From positions 1 to 52,572 of IMG/VR virus record IMGVR_UViG_3300032308_000777: 52,572 nt of DNA; one strand, 5' to 3'. The stretch's first letter is position 1; each line of letters starts with the position of its first letter. The position numbers were made by a program, and so were the translations under genes. The notes below the pieces were generated by a model. The model saw only the letters and a program-made list of their open reading frames with translations, did not search any database and was not told the DNA's origin. Below are positions 9,610 through 18,794 of this stretch, in pieces. Origin of the DNA: a virus (Duplodnaviria; Caudoviricetes).

Positions 9610-10182
9610 ATGTCTGCTACAAATGCTCCGTTCGGCTTGCGTCCTGCGTTCCATCCCTCCGGCTTGGATCGCGCTCAGGCGCTGGCTAACGGTATTGCGT
9701 CGGCTTATAACACCGACATCCTCAAGGGCCAACCCGTCAAGCTCAACTCGAGCGGTGTTCTGGTTGTTGCGGCTGCTGGCGACGCCTTCCAAGGCGCTTT
9801 CGCTGGTGTTGAGTTCACCGACACCACTGGTCGTCGTCGCGTCTCGAACAACTGGCCTGCCAACACGGCATACCAAACCGGTTCGTGCGTGGCATATTTC
9901 TACAACGATCCCAACATCGTTTATGAAATCCAGGCTGCCGGCTCGCTGGCCCAAACCTCTGTCGGCGACATGGCCGATCTGAGCAACACCACCGCTGGTT
10001 CCACTGTGACCGGTCTGTCGCAATGCACTCTGTCCACCACCCTGGCGGGCGCAGGCAACAGCGCACAGATGCTGATCCGTGATCTGGCTCCGTACCCCGA
10101 CAATGAGTGGGGCGATGCGTACACGATTGTTCGCGTAACCATCAACGAGTCGCAGTTCAATGCGTCCGTGAACGCCATCTAA
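9610..10182 (+). CDS. Putative capsid decoration/cement protein
   Basis: NAPFGLRP start, small beta-rich protein just before the major capsid gene, AGGAG RBS. Confidence 0.65.
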   Translation: MSATNAPFGLRPAFHPSGLDRAQALANGIASAYNTDILKGQPVKLNSSGVLVVAAAGDAFQGAFAGVEFTDTTGRRRVSNNWPANTAYQTGSCVAYFYNDPNIVYEIQAAGSLAQTSVGDMADLSNTTAGSTVTGLSQCTLSTTLAGAGNSAQMLIRDLAPYPDNEWGDAYTIVRVTINESQFNASVNAI

Positions 10183-10194
10183 GGAGAGTGAATC

Positions 10195-11109
10195 ATGGCC
10201 GCTCCAATGCGCAGTACCGACTTTCGGTCAATTGTTGAACCTATCCTGAACGAGTGCTTTGATGGTGTATACGACCAACGCACCGACGAGTGGAGCCGAG
10301 TGTTCCGCGAGCAGGAAGGTATCCCCCGTAACTACCACGAAGAGCCCGTCCTGTACGGCTTTGGCGCTGCCCCGCAGTTGCCTGACGGCACCCCCGTCAG
10401 CTATCAGCAGGGTGGTGTGCTGTTCCTCAAGCGCTACGTTTACAACGTGTATGGTCTGGCCTTCGCGCTGACCAAAGTGCTGGTTGAGGACGGTGACCAT
10501 ATCCGTATCGGTCAGGTTTACGCTCGTCACCTCGCCCAGTCTCTGGTCGAGACCAAAGAGACGCTGTCGGCCAACGTGCTGAACCGCGCCTTCAATGCCT
10601 CGTATCCTGGCGGCGACGGCGTGGCTCTGAACAGCGCCTCGCACCCCATCGTCAACGGTACCACCAGCAACCTGCTGGCCACCGCTGCCAACCTGTCGCA
10701 GACCTCGCTTGAGCAGATGTTGATCCAGATCCGTCAGGCTGTGGACAACAACGGCAAGAAGATCCGTCTGGTGCCCCGCCAACTGGTGGTCGCTCCTGGC
10801 AACGTCTTCCAGGCCGAAGTGCTGCTGAAGTCTGTGCTGCGTGCTGGCAACGCCAACAACGACATCAACCCCATCAAGTCCATCGGCTTGCTGGACGAGG
10901 GTGCCGCTGTTCTGTCGCGTCTGACCAACCCCAGCGCATGGTGGGTCCAGACCGACGCTCCCGAGGGCATGAAGCTCTTGATGCGTCGTAAGCTGGAGAA
11001 GACCATGGAAGGTGACTTCGAGACTGATTCGATGCGCTACAAGGCCACCGAGCGTTACGATGTTGGCTTCACCGATTGGCGTGCCATGTATGGCACACCG
11101 GGCGTCTAA
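10195..11109 (+). CDS. Major capsid protein (Mu gpT-like, HK97 fold)
   Basis: 304 aa; GGDGVALNSASHP, PRQLVVAP, DFETDSMRYKATERY motifs; strong RBS. Confidence 0.9.
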   Translation: MAAPMRSTDFRSIVEPILNECFDGVYDQRTDEWSRVFREQEGIPRNYHEEPVLYGFGAAPQLPDGTPVSYQQGGVLFLKRYVYNVYGLAFALTKVLVEDGDHIRIGQVYARHLAQSLVETKETLSANVLNRAFNASYPGGDGVALNSASHPIVNGTTSNLLATAANLSQTSLEQMLIQIRQAVDNNGKKIRLVPRQLVVAPGNVFQAEVLLKSVLRAGNANNDINPIKSIGLLDEGAAVLSRLTNPSAWWVQTDAPEGMKLLMRRKLEKTMEGDFETDSMRYKATERYDVGFTDWRAMYGTPGV

Positions 11110-11113
11110 ACAT

Positions 11114-11140
11114 GAGATGGGGGGCTTCGGCCTCCCTCTC
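11114..11140 (+). terminator. Stem-loop with cUUCGg tetraloop after the capsid gene (weak terminator or stability hairpin)
   Basis: GGGGGC-TTCG-GCCTCC; no U-tract, followed by an RBS. Confidence 0.5.
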
Positions 11141-11154
11141 TACAGGAGAACCAA

Positions 11155-11847
11155 ATGTCAAATCTGCTCGTAACTCGTTTCCCCAACGGGGTAACCAACG
11201 TAGGAGAAGATTCGCCGTTTGCTGATCTGGCAATGCCGGCGCCCACCCTGTTTCACACTTACTTTGAAGATTTCGACTATTACACAGCCGCAAATTGGAC
11301 AGTAACTGAAACGCAGGCGGGCGCTACTCAGGCGTTGACGGACGGTGATGGCGGTCTACTTTTGCTCACCAACACAGCAGCGGACGACGATCTTGTGTCC
11401 TTGCAGAAGGTTGGCGAATCCTTTCGCTTTGCTTCCGGCAAGAAACTGTTCTTTGAAGCTCGCTTCAAAATCAGTGACGCAACCCAATCGGATTTCGTCA
11501 TCGGTCTGCAAATCACTGACAGCACTCCGCTGGATGTCTCTGATGGCGTGTTTTTCATCAAGGCCGACGGCTCTACATCTGTGAGCTTGGTGGTCGAGAA
11601 GAACGGCACCGCCACCACGACTACGTCTGTGGCTACCGTGGCAAATGACACTTTCATTCGCCTTGGTTTTTACTACGACGGCGCATCGGTGATTGAGTAT
11701 TCCGTAAATGGCGTGACCCGAGGAACTTCGGTAACCACCAATTTGGTTGATGACGAAGACTTGACGCCGACTTTTGCGATTCAGAATGGTGAGGCCGTGG
11801 CCAAAACCATGACGGTCGATTACATCTTCGTTGCGAAGGAGCGGTAA
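11155..11847 (+). CDS. Putative virion structural protein (beta-sandwich, lectin-like)
   Basis: TRFPNGVTN start, Thr/Ser-rich, ends VDYIFVAKER; AGGAG RBS. Confidence 0.6.
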   Translation: MSNLLVTRFPNGVTNVGEDSPFADLAMPAPTLFHTYFEDFDYYTAANWTVTETQAGATQALTDGDGGLLLLTNTAADDDLVSLQKVGESFRFASGKKLFFEARFKISDATQSDFVIGLQITDSTPLDVSDGVFFIKADGSTSVSLVVEKNGTATTTTSVATVANDTFIRLGFYYDGASVIEYSVNGVTRGTSVTTNLVDDEDLTPTFAIQNGEAVAKTMTVDYIFVAKER

Positions 11848-11849
11848 TC

Positions 11850-12977
11850 ATGGGTCAATTCAAGCCAATGGTCAAAATGATGACCACTGAGCCCTCGGTT
11901 GAACTGAAGCTCAAAAAAGGCGGCAAGGTTGAGAAGAAGATGCAGATGGGCGGCATGCCCGCTCCTTCAATGCCTGCTCGCGGTGGCATGATGCCCACTG
12001 CTTCCCCTGGGCGGCCTTCGATGGCTGCTCGTCGTCGTGCAATGATGGCTATGCCTGCCGGTGCTGCTCCTGCGGCCCCGGTTGGTATGGCTGGACGCAT
12101 GATGAAAGAGGGCGGCGAGTCCAAAGCCATGCACAAGTCTGAGATGAAGGCTATCAAAGGCCTGAAATCCGAGATGCAGTCCCACAAGGACAAACCTGCA
12201 TCAAAGGCCCACAAGGGCCTGAAGACCGGCGGCATGGCCTGCGCTACGGGCGGTGTAGTCATGGGCCAGGGCGGCTACAAGAAGGGCGGCATAGTTAAGA
12301 TGGCTGGCGTTCCAAAGAGCGGCATCATCAACACCGAAAACCAAGGCGGTGCTTACCGTGACACCATGATGCACACAGCCAAGCCTGATAACTCGCCGGC
12401 CAAAACCGGTGAAGTGAAATTGGGCAACGGCGGTGGGTATGCTACCGGTGGCGTGGCGAAGGCAAACGGCGGCGGATACCGCAAAGGTGGTGCCGCAAAA
12501 AAAGCCTACGCTACGGGGGGTCTTGTTGACACCGGCCGTCCCGTAGCGATGCCCCAGGGTCGCAAGACCCCATCGACTCCCGTGAGCATCAACCAACTCT
12601 CTGGCACCTTCAAGAAAGGCGGCAGTGTCACTGCTGCTCAAGGCCGCTTGCAGAAGAACTTCAAGAGCGAGAACGCTACGGCCATGAAACAGGCCAAGGC
12701 GTACTCCAACGAGGTTTACAGCAAGTACGGCAAGAAGATGAACGAGGGCGGCAAGGTTGACATGTCCAAGGGCGCCTACGACAAATCAATCGGCCCGACC
12801 GAGGAAGAGATGGGCATGGCCAAGGCCATCCGTTCAATTCCTCGCCGGATGATTGAGGGTGCAAAAAGCCTGTTCACCTCAAAAGAGGCTGAAAAGCCTG
12901 CCGGATCTGTTACCAAGACTGAGAAGTCCGTGACTGTGTCTCCTGGCAGAAAACGTGGCGGCGCAGTGAAGTGTTGA
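11850..12977 (+). CDS. Basic low-complexity protein with 12 or more hydrophobic-x-x-GG repeats
   Basis: 375 aa, K/G/M/A-rich; LKKGG, MKEGG, YKKGG, YATGG x2, YRKGG, FKKGG, MNEGG etc.; AAGGAG RBS. Confidence 0.8.
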   Translation: MGQFKPMVKMMTTEPSVELKLKKGGKVEKKMQMGGMPAPSMPARGGMMPTASPGRPSMAARRRAMMAMPAGAAPAAPVGMAGRMMKEGGESKAMHKSEMKAIKGLKSEMQSHKDKPASKAHKGLKTGGMACATGGVVMGQGGYKKGGIVKMAGVPKSGIINTENQGGAYRDTMMHTAKPDNSPAKTGEVKLGNGGGYATGGVAKANGGGYRKGGAAKKAYATGGLVDTGRPVAMPQGRKTPSTPVSINQLSGTFKKGGSVTAAQGRLQKNFKSENATAMKQAKAYSNEVYSKYGKKMNEGGKVDMSKGAYDKSIGPTEEEMGMAKAIRSIPRRMIEGAKSLFTSKEAEKPAGSVTKTEKSVTVSPGRKRGGAVKC

Positions 12978-12982
12978 AACAA

Positions 12983-13010
12983 GGTGGGGGCTTCGGCCCC
13001 CGCTTTCCTT
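12983..13010 (+). terminator. Probable intrinsic terminator
   Basis: GTGGGGGC-TTCG-GCCCCCGC followed by TTTCCTT. Confidence 0.6.
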
Positions 13011-13022
13011 GAGGATTGAAAA

Positions 13023-13802
13023 ATGGGAACATATTCTTCCGCGACCCGTCAGGGCGCGTATGAGCCGTTTGAGTTGCAGGTGGCCCGTGGGCAAGTTGAT
13101 GGACACAAAGCCTTATATCAGTTTGGCATCAATGGTGATGTTGGTACATCTGTTGAAACAGTTTGGGCGCAAGGCGGAACATATGCGTATCCTGCTGCCG
13201 CAACTGTTATGAAAATTTCTAGTTCCAGCGCGGATGACGCGGCGGCTGGGACTGGCGCAAGAACAATTTCAATTGCTGGTCTTGACGCTAACTACAACGA
13301 AATTAGCGAAACAGTAATTCTTAACGGTCAGACCGAAGTCAACACTGTTAATAGTTACTTGCGTATTTCTCGTATGTTTGTTGTTACCGCTGGCTCTGGT
13401 GCAACTGCCGCAGGTACTATTTACGCTGGTACTGGCACTGTTACTTCTGGTGTACCAGCAACCGTTTACGGCATGATTGCCTTTAATGCAAACCAAACGC
13501 AAATGGCGTTTTGGACTGTGCCAGCGGGATACACCCTGTATTTAATGGGAACTTTCTACTCATCTGGAAACGCAACTGCAAACGCATTTACAAACTTCCA
13601 GTTGATTCAACGCCCATTTGGTGGCGTGTTTAGACAGCAAAGTTCTACACGAACACCCGGCAGTGGAGACTTTGTGCTTGACCTGCACACTCCTATTGCT
13701 TTTGCTGAAAAAACTGACATTGAACTTAGGGCTGTTGCTTCAGCAGGGGCTTCTAATGTGTCTGCTGAGTTTGAAGGCATCTACATTAAGAACCCTGACT
13801 AA
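13023..13802 (+). CDS. Putative virion structural protein
   Basis: 259 aa, beta-rich; GTGARTISIAGLDANYNEISETVILNG motif of the kind seen in phage structural proteins. Confidence 0.6.
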   Translation: MGTYSSATRQGAYEPFELQVARGQVDGHKALYQFGINGDVGTSVETVWAQGGTYAYPAAATVMKISSSSADDAAAGTGARTISIAGLDANYNEISETVILNGQTEVNTVNSYLRISRMFVVTAGSGATAAGTIYAGTGTVTSGVPATVYGMIAFNANQTQMAFWTVPAGYTLYLMGTFYSSGNATANAFTNFQLIQRPFGGVFRQQSSTRTPGSGDFVLDLHTPIAFAEKTDIELRAVASAGASNVSAEFEGIYIKNPD

Positions 13803-13804
13803 TC

Positions 13805-14323
13805 ATGCCAAGCAAATCACCAGCCCAACATCGTTTGATGCAAGCCGCCGCCCACACCAAAGGCGGCTTTGGTGGTGTGCCACAAAAGGTCGGCAAAGAA
13901 TTTGTCAAGGCCGACAAAAAAATGAAAGATGGTGGAGTTGTCCAGTCTTTGAAAAAGGCTGGTTTTTATGAGCCATCTAAAAGCAAATCTGAGCGATTGA
14001 AAATTGTCAACGATGTGACGACTAAGCCTCAACGGCTGGGCATGGTTGAGAAGATGTTTTCTGAGAAAAAAATGAAGAGCGGCGGGGTATCTCTTGCTGT
14101 CGGTCGCGGTGAAAAGTTGCCTGTTGAAAAGGGTGCAGGCCTGACGGCCAAGGGCCGGGCGAAGTACAACCGAGAGACCGGTGCAAATTTGAAGGCCCCG
14201 CAGCCGCAAGGGGGCTCCCGCCGGGACTCCTTTTGCGCGAGAATGGGGTCTATTGCGGAGAAGAGCGAAGAGGGCAGCCGTTCTCGAGCCTCCATGAAGC
14301 GTTGGAATTGCCCTGGATGGTGA
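13805..14323 (+). CDS. Basic protein with DUF6321-like C-terminus and two MKxGG motifs
   Basis: GLTAKGRAKYNRETGANLKAP...RRDSFCARM...RWNC; MKDGGVV, MKSGGVS. Confidence 0.6.
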   Translation: MPSKSPAQHRLMQAAAHTKGGFGGVPQKVGKEFVKADKKMKDGGVVQSLKKAGFYEPSKSKSERLKIVNDVTTKPQRLGMVEKMFSEKKMKSGGVSLAVGRGEKLPVEKGAGLTAKGRAKYNRETGANLKAPQPQGGSRRDSFCARMGSIAEKSEEGSRSRASMKRWNCPGW

Positions 14324-14331
14324 GGTAAAGC

Positions 14332-15405
14332 ATGGCCTATTCTGGTACCGTCGGCACGACTGTCATCCAAGTCCAGACCCTGATTGATCACGGGGCGCGT
14401 CGCTGCGGGAAATTGGCCGAGGAGTTGACCTCCGAGCAGCTTCTGAGCGCCAGGGAGTCACTGTACTTCCTGCTGTCGAACCTGATCAACATCGGCATCC
14501 AGTATTGGGCCATCGACAAGAAGGTTTACGGTCTCCAGGCCAACAACTACGTCTACAAGCTTCCCATTGGTGGCAATGATGTGTTGCAGGCGCTGTATCG
14601 CAGGATGAACCGGCCGACCCCAAACAGCACCGGGGGGTATGCCTCAAGTGCCGGCGGCATTGTCGGGAACGCCTTTGACAACAACATCGACACGTCATGC
14701 ACCCAGACATCGGCCAACGGCAACATTTCTGTCAATTACGGCACCGATGATCCGGTTTACATTGGCTCCATCGGCGTTTTGCCGGGCGTTTCTGGTTCCT
14801 TCAACGCTGTTTTTGAGTATTCGGTTGACGGGATCACCTGGAGCACTTTGCTTGCGCCTGGGGTGACTACCTGGGTCAACAACGAGTGGCTCTGGTACGA
14901 CATTGAGGCTGGTCAGACGGTGCAGTATTACCGCATCCGAGAGACCGGCGGCAACACTTTGGTGCTGCGTGAGCTTTATTTCGGCAACAACTCGACCGAA
15001 ATCACGATGGCCCGGCTGAACCGGGACGACTACACCAACCTGCCGAACAAGAACTTCACGGCCAACCAGCCCTTCCAGTTTTGGTTCAACCGGACAATCC
15101 CGCAGTCGGAGATTTACCTGTGGCCGGTGCCTTCGGACCCGTTTGTGCAGATGACGGTCTGGTACTCGCGCCAGATTATGGACGTTGGCGACCTGTACGG
15201 CGAGCTTGAGGTGCCGCAGCGGTGGTTTGAGGCCGTCGTCTTCATGCTGGCTCACCGGATGAGCTTGGAGTTGCCTGGGGTCGATGCGGCCCGCATCCAG
15301 TACCTTGATGGGCAGGCCGACAAGTACCTGGGTCTGGCAGAGGCCGAGGAGCGCGACAAGTCGCCGATCTACTTCGCGCCGAACATACATCCGTACACCG
15401 CGTGA
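14332..15405 (+). CDS. Head-tail adaptor / tail tubular protein with an inserted discoidin (F5/8 type C)-like domain
   Basis: Adaptor-like N- and C-termini (ARESLYFLLSNL, IYLWPVP) flank NAFDNN...YSVDGITWSTL...YYRIR. Confidence 0.6.
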   Translation: MAYSGTVGTTVIQVQTLIDHGARRCGKLAEELTSEQLLSARESLYFLLSNLINIGIQYWAIDKKVYGLQANNYVYKLPIGGNDVLQALYRRMNRPTPNSTGGYASSAGGIVGNAFDNNIDTSCTQTSANGNISVNYGTDDPVYIGSIGVLPGVSGSFNAVFEYSVDGITWSTLLAPGVTTWVNNEWLWYDIEAGQTVQYYRIRETGGNTLVLRELYFGNNSTEITMARLNRDDYTNLPNKNFTANQPFQFWFNRTIPQSEIYLWPVPSDPFVQMTVWYSRQIMDVGDLYGELEVPQRWFEAVVFMLAHRMSLELPGVDAARIQYLDGQADKYLGLAEAEERDKSPIYFAPNIHPYTA

Positions 15406-15416
15406 TTGGTTGATCC

Positions 15417-15761
15417 ATGCCGATCTTCCTTGACACCCTCGGCTACTCTGACATCGCAATCGCAGTATGCGACCGGTGCAAGATGAAGCGCCCGCACGCA
15501 GTGATGCGCAGCGATCCCAACTTTCCTGGATTACAAGTCTGTAATGAAGGGTGCGCCGACAACTTTGACCCCTACCGATTGCCCGCTCGCAAAACCGAAA
15601 GGATAACGATTCGGTTTCCAAGGCCGGACGTTTCGGTTGCGGTCAATCCTAACAATTTGAGTGCTGGTGAGCCTTACGGCGGTGCGGTGTTGTCTCCTGA
15701 GCAAAATATTGACACGCCGGAGAACAACGGCAACCTTGACGGTTTGGAGATCCAGCCCTGA
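15417..15761 (+). CDS. Hypothetical protein with CxxC...C motif
   Basis: IAVCDRC...GLQVC...PRPD; tail operon. Confidence 0.65.
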   Translation: MPIFLDTLGYSDIAIAVCDRCKMKRPHAVMRSDPNFPGLQVCNEGCADNFDPYRLPARKTERITIRFPRPDVSVAVNPNNLSAGEPYGGAVLSPEQNIDTPENNGNLDGLEIQP

Positions 15762-15762
15762 T

Positions 15763-18111
15763 ATGCCAAACATTACCATCACCCAACTGCCTGCGGCCGG
15801 TCCTATTACTGGCACTGAGTCAGTCCCAATCGTCCAGAACGGGCAGACCGTGCGCACGACTGCGGCTGCTTTGGCCGGCTCTCCGGTTCAGACGCAGACC
15901 TTCCTGACGCTCAATCAAGAGCCAACCCTGATCAACAGTCGGGCGCTTTCTGGTGGCACCGGGATCGGCCTGCTTGACGGTGGTGCGCTCTCGACCCTTC
16001 AGATCACGCTCAATGGCACCTCTGGGGCCTTGGAGGGTGCTGGTACAGGGATCATTGTCAAAACCGGCTCTGGGGCCGTTTCTGCCCGTTCTGTGGCGGT
16101 TTCCGGTACCGGACTTGCCATCTCTAACGGATCCGGTGTTTCTGGAAACCCGACGATCTCTCTGAATGGATTGATTTCGGCCATCGCCCAGGTCGGTGGG
16201 ACGGGTCTTTTGGCTTTCCAGAACGGGGCTACCGCAGGCGGCGTGTTGATCGCTGGCACCGCAAATCAGATCAGTGTGGCCAACGGAAATGGCCAGGGTG
16301 GCAATCCGACCATCTCAATGGTTTCTGATCCGATCATCCCAGGCACTGCCGGTATGGTCATCCCGGTCGGCACGGCTGTGCAGGAGCCGGTTGGAGCCCC
16401 AGGACAGTTCCGCTTCAACAGCACCACGCAGACTTTTGACGGTTATGCGTCGGGGCAGTGGAGGCAGTTTTCTCAAGCTGGAGGCGTGACGACATTCAGC
16501 GCTGGCTCTACGGGACTGACTCCATCTGCCGCAACGACTGGAGCCATCACCCTTGGTGGAACGCTCAACGTCTCCAGCGGCGGCACTGGAGCGAGTACGT
16601 TGACCGGGTATCTGGTCGGGAACGGCACGAGTGCTATCACAGCGGTCGCCACGATACCGAATGCCGGCCTGACAAACAGCGCGATCACCATCAACGGGTC
16701 TTCGGTCTCTCTTGGTGGATCGATCACAGTGACGGCCACCGCATCAAATGCGCTGACCATTGGTACGGGTCTGTCTGGGAGCAGCTACAACGGATCAAAC
16801 CCGGTCACCATTGCAATTGACTCGACCGTGGCCACGCTGACGGGCACGCAGACTCTGACGAACAAGAGCATCAGTGGCTCAACGAACACGCTGACCAACA
16901 TCCCGAATGGGGCGCTGACGAACTCTTCAGTGACTGTTGGCACAACCGCCATCTCCTTGGGCGGCTCAAGCGTGACTCTGGGCGGCCTTACATCGGTTGC
17001 GGTAACCCAGGATCCGACGACTGCGCTTCAATTGACCACCAAGCAGTACGTTGACACTTTGGTGGCTTCTGGCATTCATTTTCATCAGCCGGTGAGAGTG
17101 GAGTCGACGATTGCTCTGACTGCAACCTACAACAACGGTGCCTCTGGTGTTGGTGCCACGTTGACCAACGCAGGCACACAAGCCGCACTGGTGCTCGACG
17201 GCGTGACTGTTGCGGTCAATGATCGCGTGCTGATCTATCAGCAAGCCAACCAGACGCAAAACGGCATCTATGTGGTGACGAACGTCGGCTCTGGATCGAC
17301 CAACTGGGTGCTCACCCGTTCTTCTGATGCAGACACCTACGTCATCAACAGCGCCAATGGCCTGAGTGAGGGATCGACGGTTTTTGTGCAGCAGGGCACG
17401 ATTGCAGCAGGTGATACCTACACCTGCAACACCTCTGGCGTCATCACGTTCGGCACAACTAACATTACGTTTGCCCAGGTTTCCGCGGCACAGGTTTACA
17501 GTGCCGGCACCGGCCTGACCTTGACCGGAACTCAGTTCAGCATCACCAACACAGCGGTGACTGCCGCATCGTATGGAAGTGCAAGCTCGGTTGCGACTTT
17601 TACGGTCAATGCTCAGGGTCAATTGACGGCTGCGGCATCGACTGCGATTGCCATCAACGGCAACCAGATCACTTCGGGCACAGTTGGGTCGGCATATATC
17701 AGCGGTTCATACACCGGCATCACCGGGGTTGGTACGCTGACCGCAGGCACATGGAACGCCTCGGCGATCTCTGACATCTACCTTTCGACCATCTCGACTG
17801 CTGGCAAAGTTGCAAACAGCGCCACGACTGCGACGAGCGCGAATACGGCCAGTGCGATTGTGGCCAGGGACGCATCTGGGAACTTCAGCGCCGGGACTAT
17901 CACGGCTGCTCTAAGTGGTAACGCAAGCACCGCAACCACCGCAACAAATGCAACAAACACGGCGATCACAGCCAATTCGACCAATGCGACGAATTACCTG
18001 ACGTTCGTGTCCGCAACCAGTGGAAATTTGCCACAATTGGTGAATTCCAACCTGACGGTAAACCCAAGCACTGGAAGTTTGACAGGCGGGATTCAAGGCG
18101 GGGCATTCTGA
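15763..18111 (+). CDS. Tail fibre protein
   Basis: Start MPNITITQLPAA; G/T/S-rich; TGTQTLTNKSI and DRVLIYQQANQTQNGIYVV fibre motifs; ends IQGGAF. Confidence 0.8.
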   Translation: MPNITITQLPAAGPITGTESVPIVQNGQTVRTTAAALAGSPVQTQTFLTLNQEPTLINSRALSGGTGIGLLDGGALSTLQITLNGTSGALEGAGTGIIVKTGSGAVSARSVAVSGTGLAISNGSGVSGNPTISLNGLISAIAQVGGTGLLAFQNGATAGGVLIAGTANQISVANGNGQGGNPTISMVSDPIIPGTAGMVIPVGTAVQEPVGAPGQFRFNSTTQTFDGYASGQWRQFSQAGGVTTFSAGSTGLTPSAATTGAITLGGTLNVSSGGTGASTLTGYLVGNGTSAITAVATIPNAGLTNSAITINGSSVSLGGSITVTATASNALTIGTGLSGSSYNGSNPVTIAIDSTVATLTGTQTLTNKSISGSTNTLTNIPNGALTNSSVTVGTTAISLGGSSVTLGGLTSVAVTQDPTTALQLTTKQYVDTLVASGIHFHQPVRVESTIALTATYNNGASGVGATLTNAGTQAALVLDGVTVAVNDRVLIYQQANQTQNGIYVVTNVGSGSTNWVLTRSSDADTYVINSANGLSEGSTVFVQQGTIAAGDTYTCNTSGVITFGTTNITFAQVSAAQVYSAGTGLTLTGTQFSITNTAVTAASYGSASSVATFTVNAQGQLTAAASTAIAINGNQITSGTVGSAYISGSYTGITGVGTLTAGTWNASAISDIYLSTISTAGKVANSATTATSANTASAIVARDASGNFSAGTITAALSGNASTATTATNATNTAITANSTNATNYLTFVSATSGNLPQLVNSNLTVNPSTGSLTGGIQGGAF

Positions 18112-18115
18112 GGCC

Positions 18116-18793
18116 ATGTTCTACACATACGCACACTTCAGACCAGACAACTCGGTGTTCTACATCGGGAAGGGCCGTGGTCGTCGTGCGTGGTCAAGGG
18201 ACTATCGCAATAACCATTGGAACCACATTGTTGCCAAGTATCCTGACTACAAGATTGAAATCTTGGCACGATGGGAAGACGAAAAAGAAGCTTTTGCTCA
18301 CGAAGTGTTTTTGATTGAAACTTTTCGGGGCATGGGCGTTCAACTGACAAATGTCACCAATGGTGGAACGGGCGTTGCTGGTTACAAACACACGCCTGAA
18401 TCCATTCAAAAACGATTGGATTCCATGCAAGGATATTTGCCTTCAGAGGAAACTAAGGCAAAAATGCGCGAAGCCCATCTGGGTGAAAAGAATCATTTTT
18501 TTGGGCGCAATCATTCCGAAGAAACAAAAAATCGAATTGCTGAAGCCAAAAAAGCAAACCCATCTAAGCCATGGCTTGGCAAGCCAAGAAATGAAGAGAC
18601 ACGCAAAAAAATTGCTGATGCTTTGAAGGGGCGTGTTGGACACAAACATACTGATGAGTCAAAGCGCAAATTGTCTTTGGCTCATAAAGGCAAAAAACAA
18701 GCATCGCCCAGTGAGGAAACTAGAAAAAAATTGTCTGAATCCATTAAAGCATCATGGATTCTTCGTCGTCAAAAAGTAAGAAAAGAGGTTTAA
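18116..18793 (+). CDS. Free-standing GIY-YIG-like homing endonuclease with NUMOD3 repeats
   Basis: FYTYAH...VFYIGKG; repeated HSEETK/HTDESK; AT-richer than its flanks. Confidence 0.85.
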   Translation: MFYTYAHFRPDNSVFYIGKGRGRRAWSRDYRNNHWNHIVAKYPDYKIEILARWEDEKEAFAHEVFLIETFRGMGVQLTNVTNGGTGVAGYKHTPESIQKRLDSMQGYLPSEETKAKMREAHLGEKNHFFGRNHSEETKNRIAEAKKANPSKPWLGKPRNEETRKKIADALKGRVGHKHTDESKRKLSLAHKGKKQASPSEETRKKLSESIKASWILRRQKVRKEV

Positions 18794-18794
18794 C

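Noticed and set aside
11850-12977. RiPP/bacteriocin precursor with double-glycine leaders
   Set aside because: No C39 peptidase/ABC transporter or modifying enzymes nearby; the gene sits in the virion operon.
18116-18793. Group I intron carrying the endonuclease (also considered for 23140 and 43455)
   Set aside because: Flanking genes are intact and there are only a few nt of non-coding flank, leaving no room for a ribozyme core.
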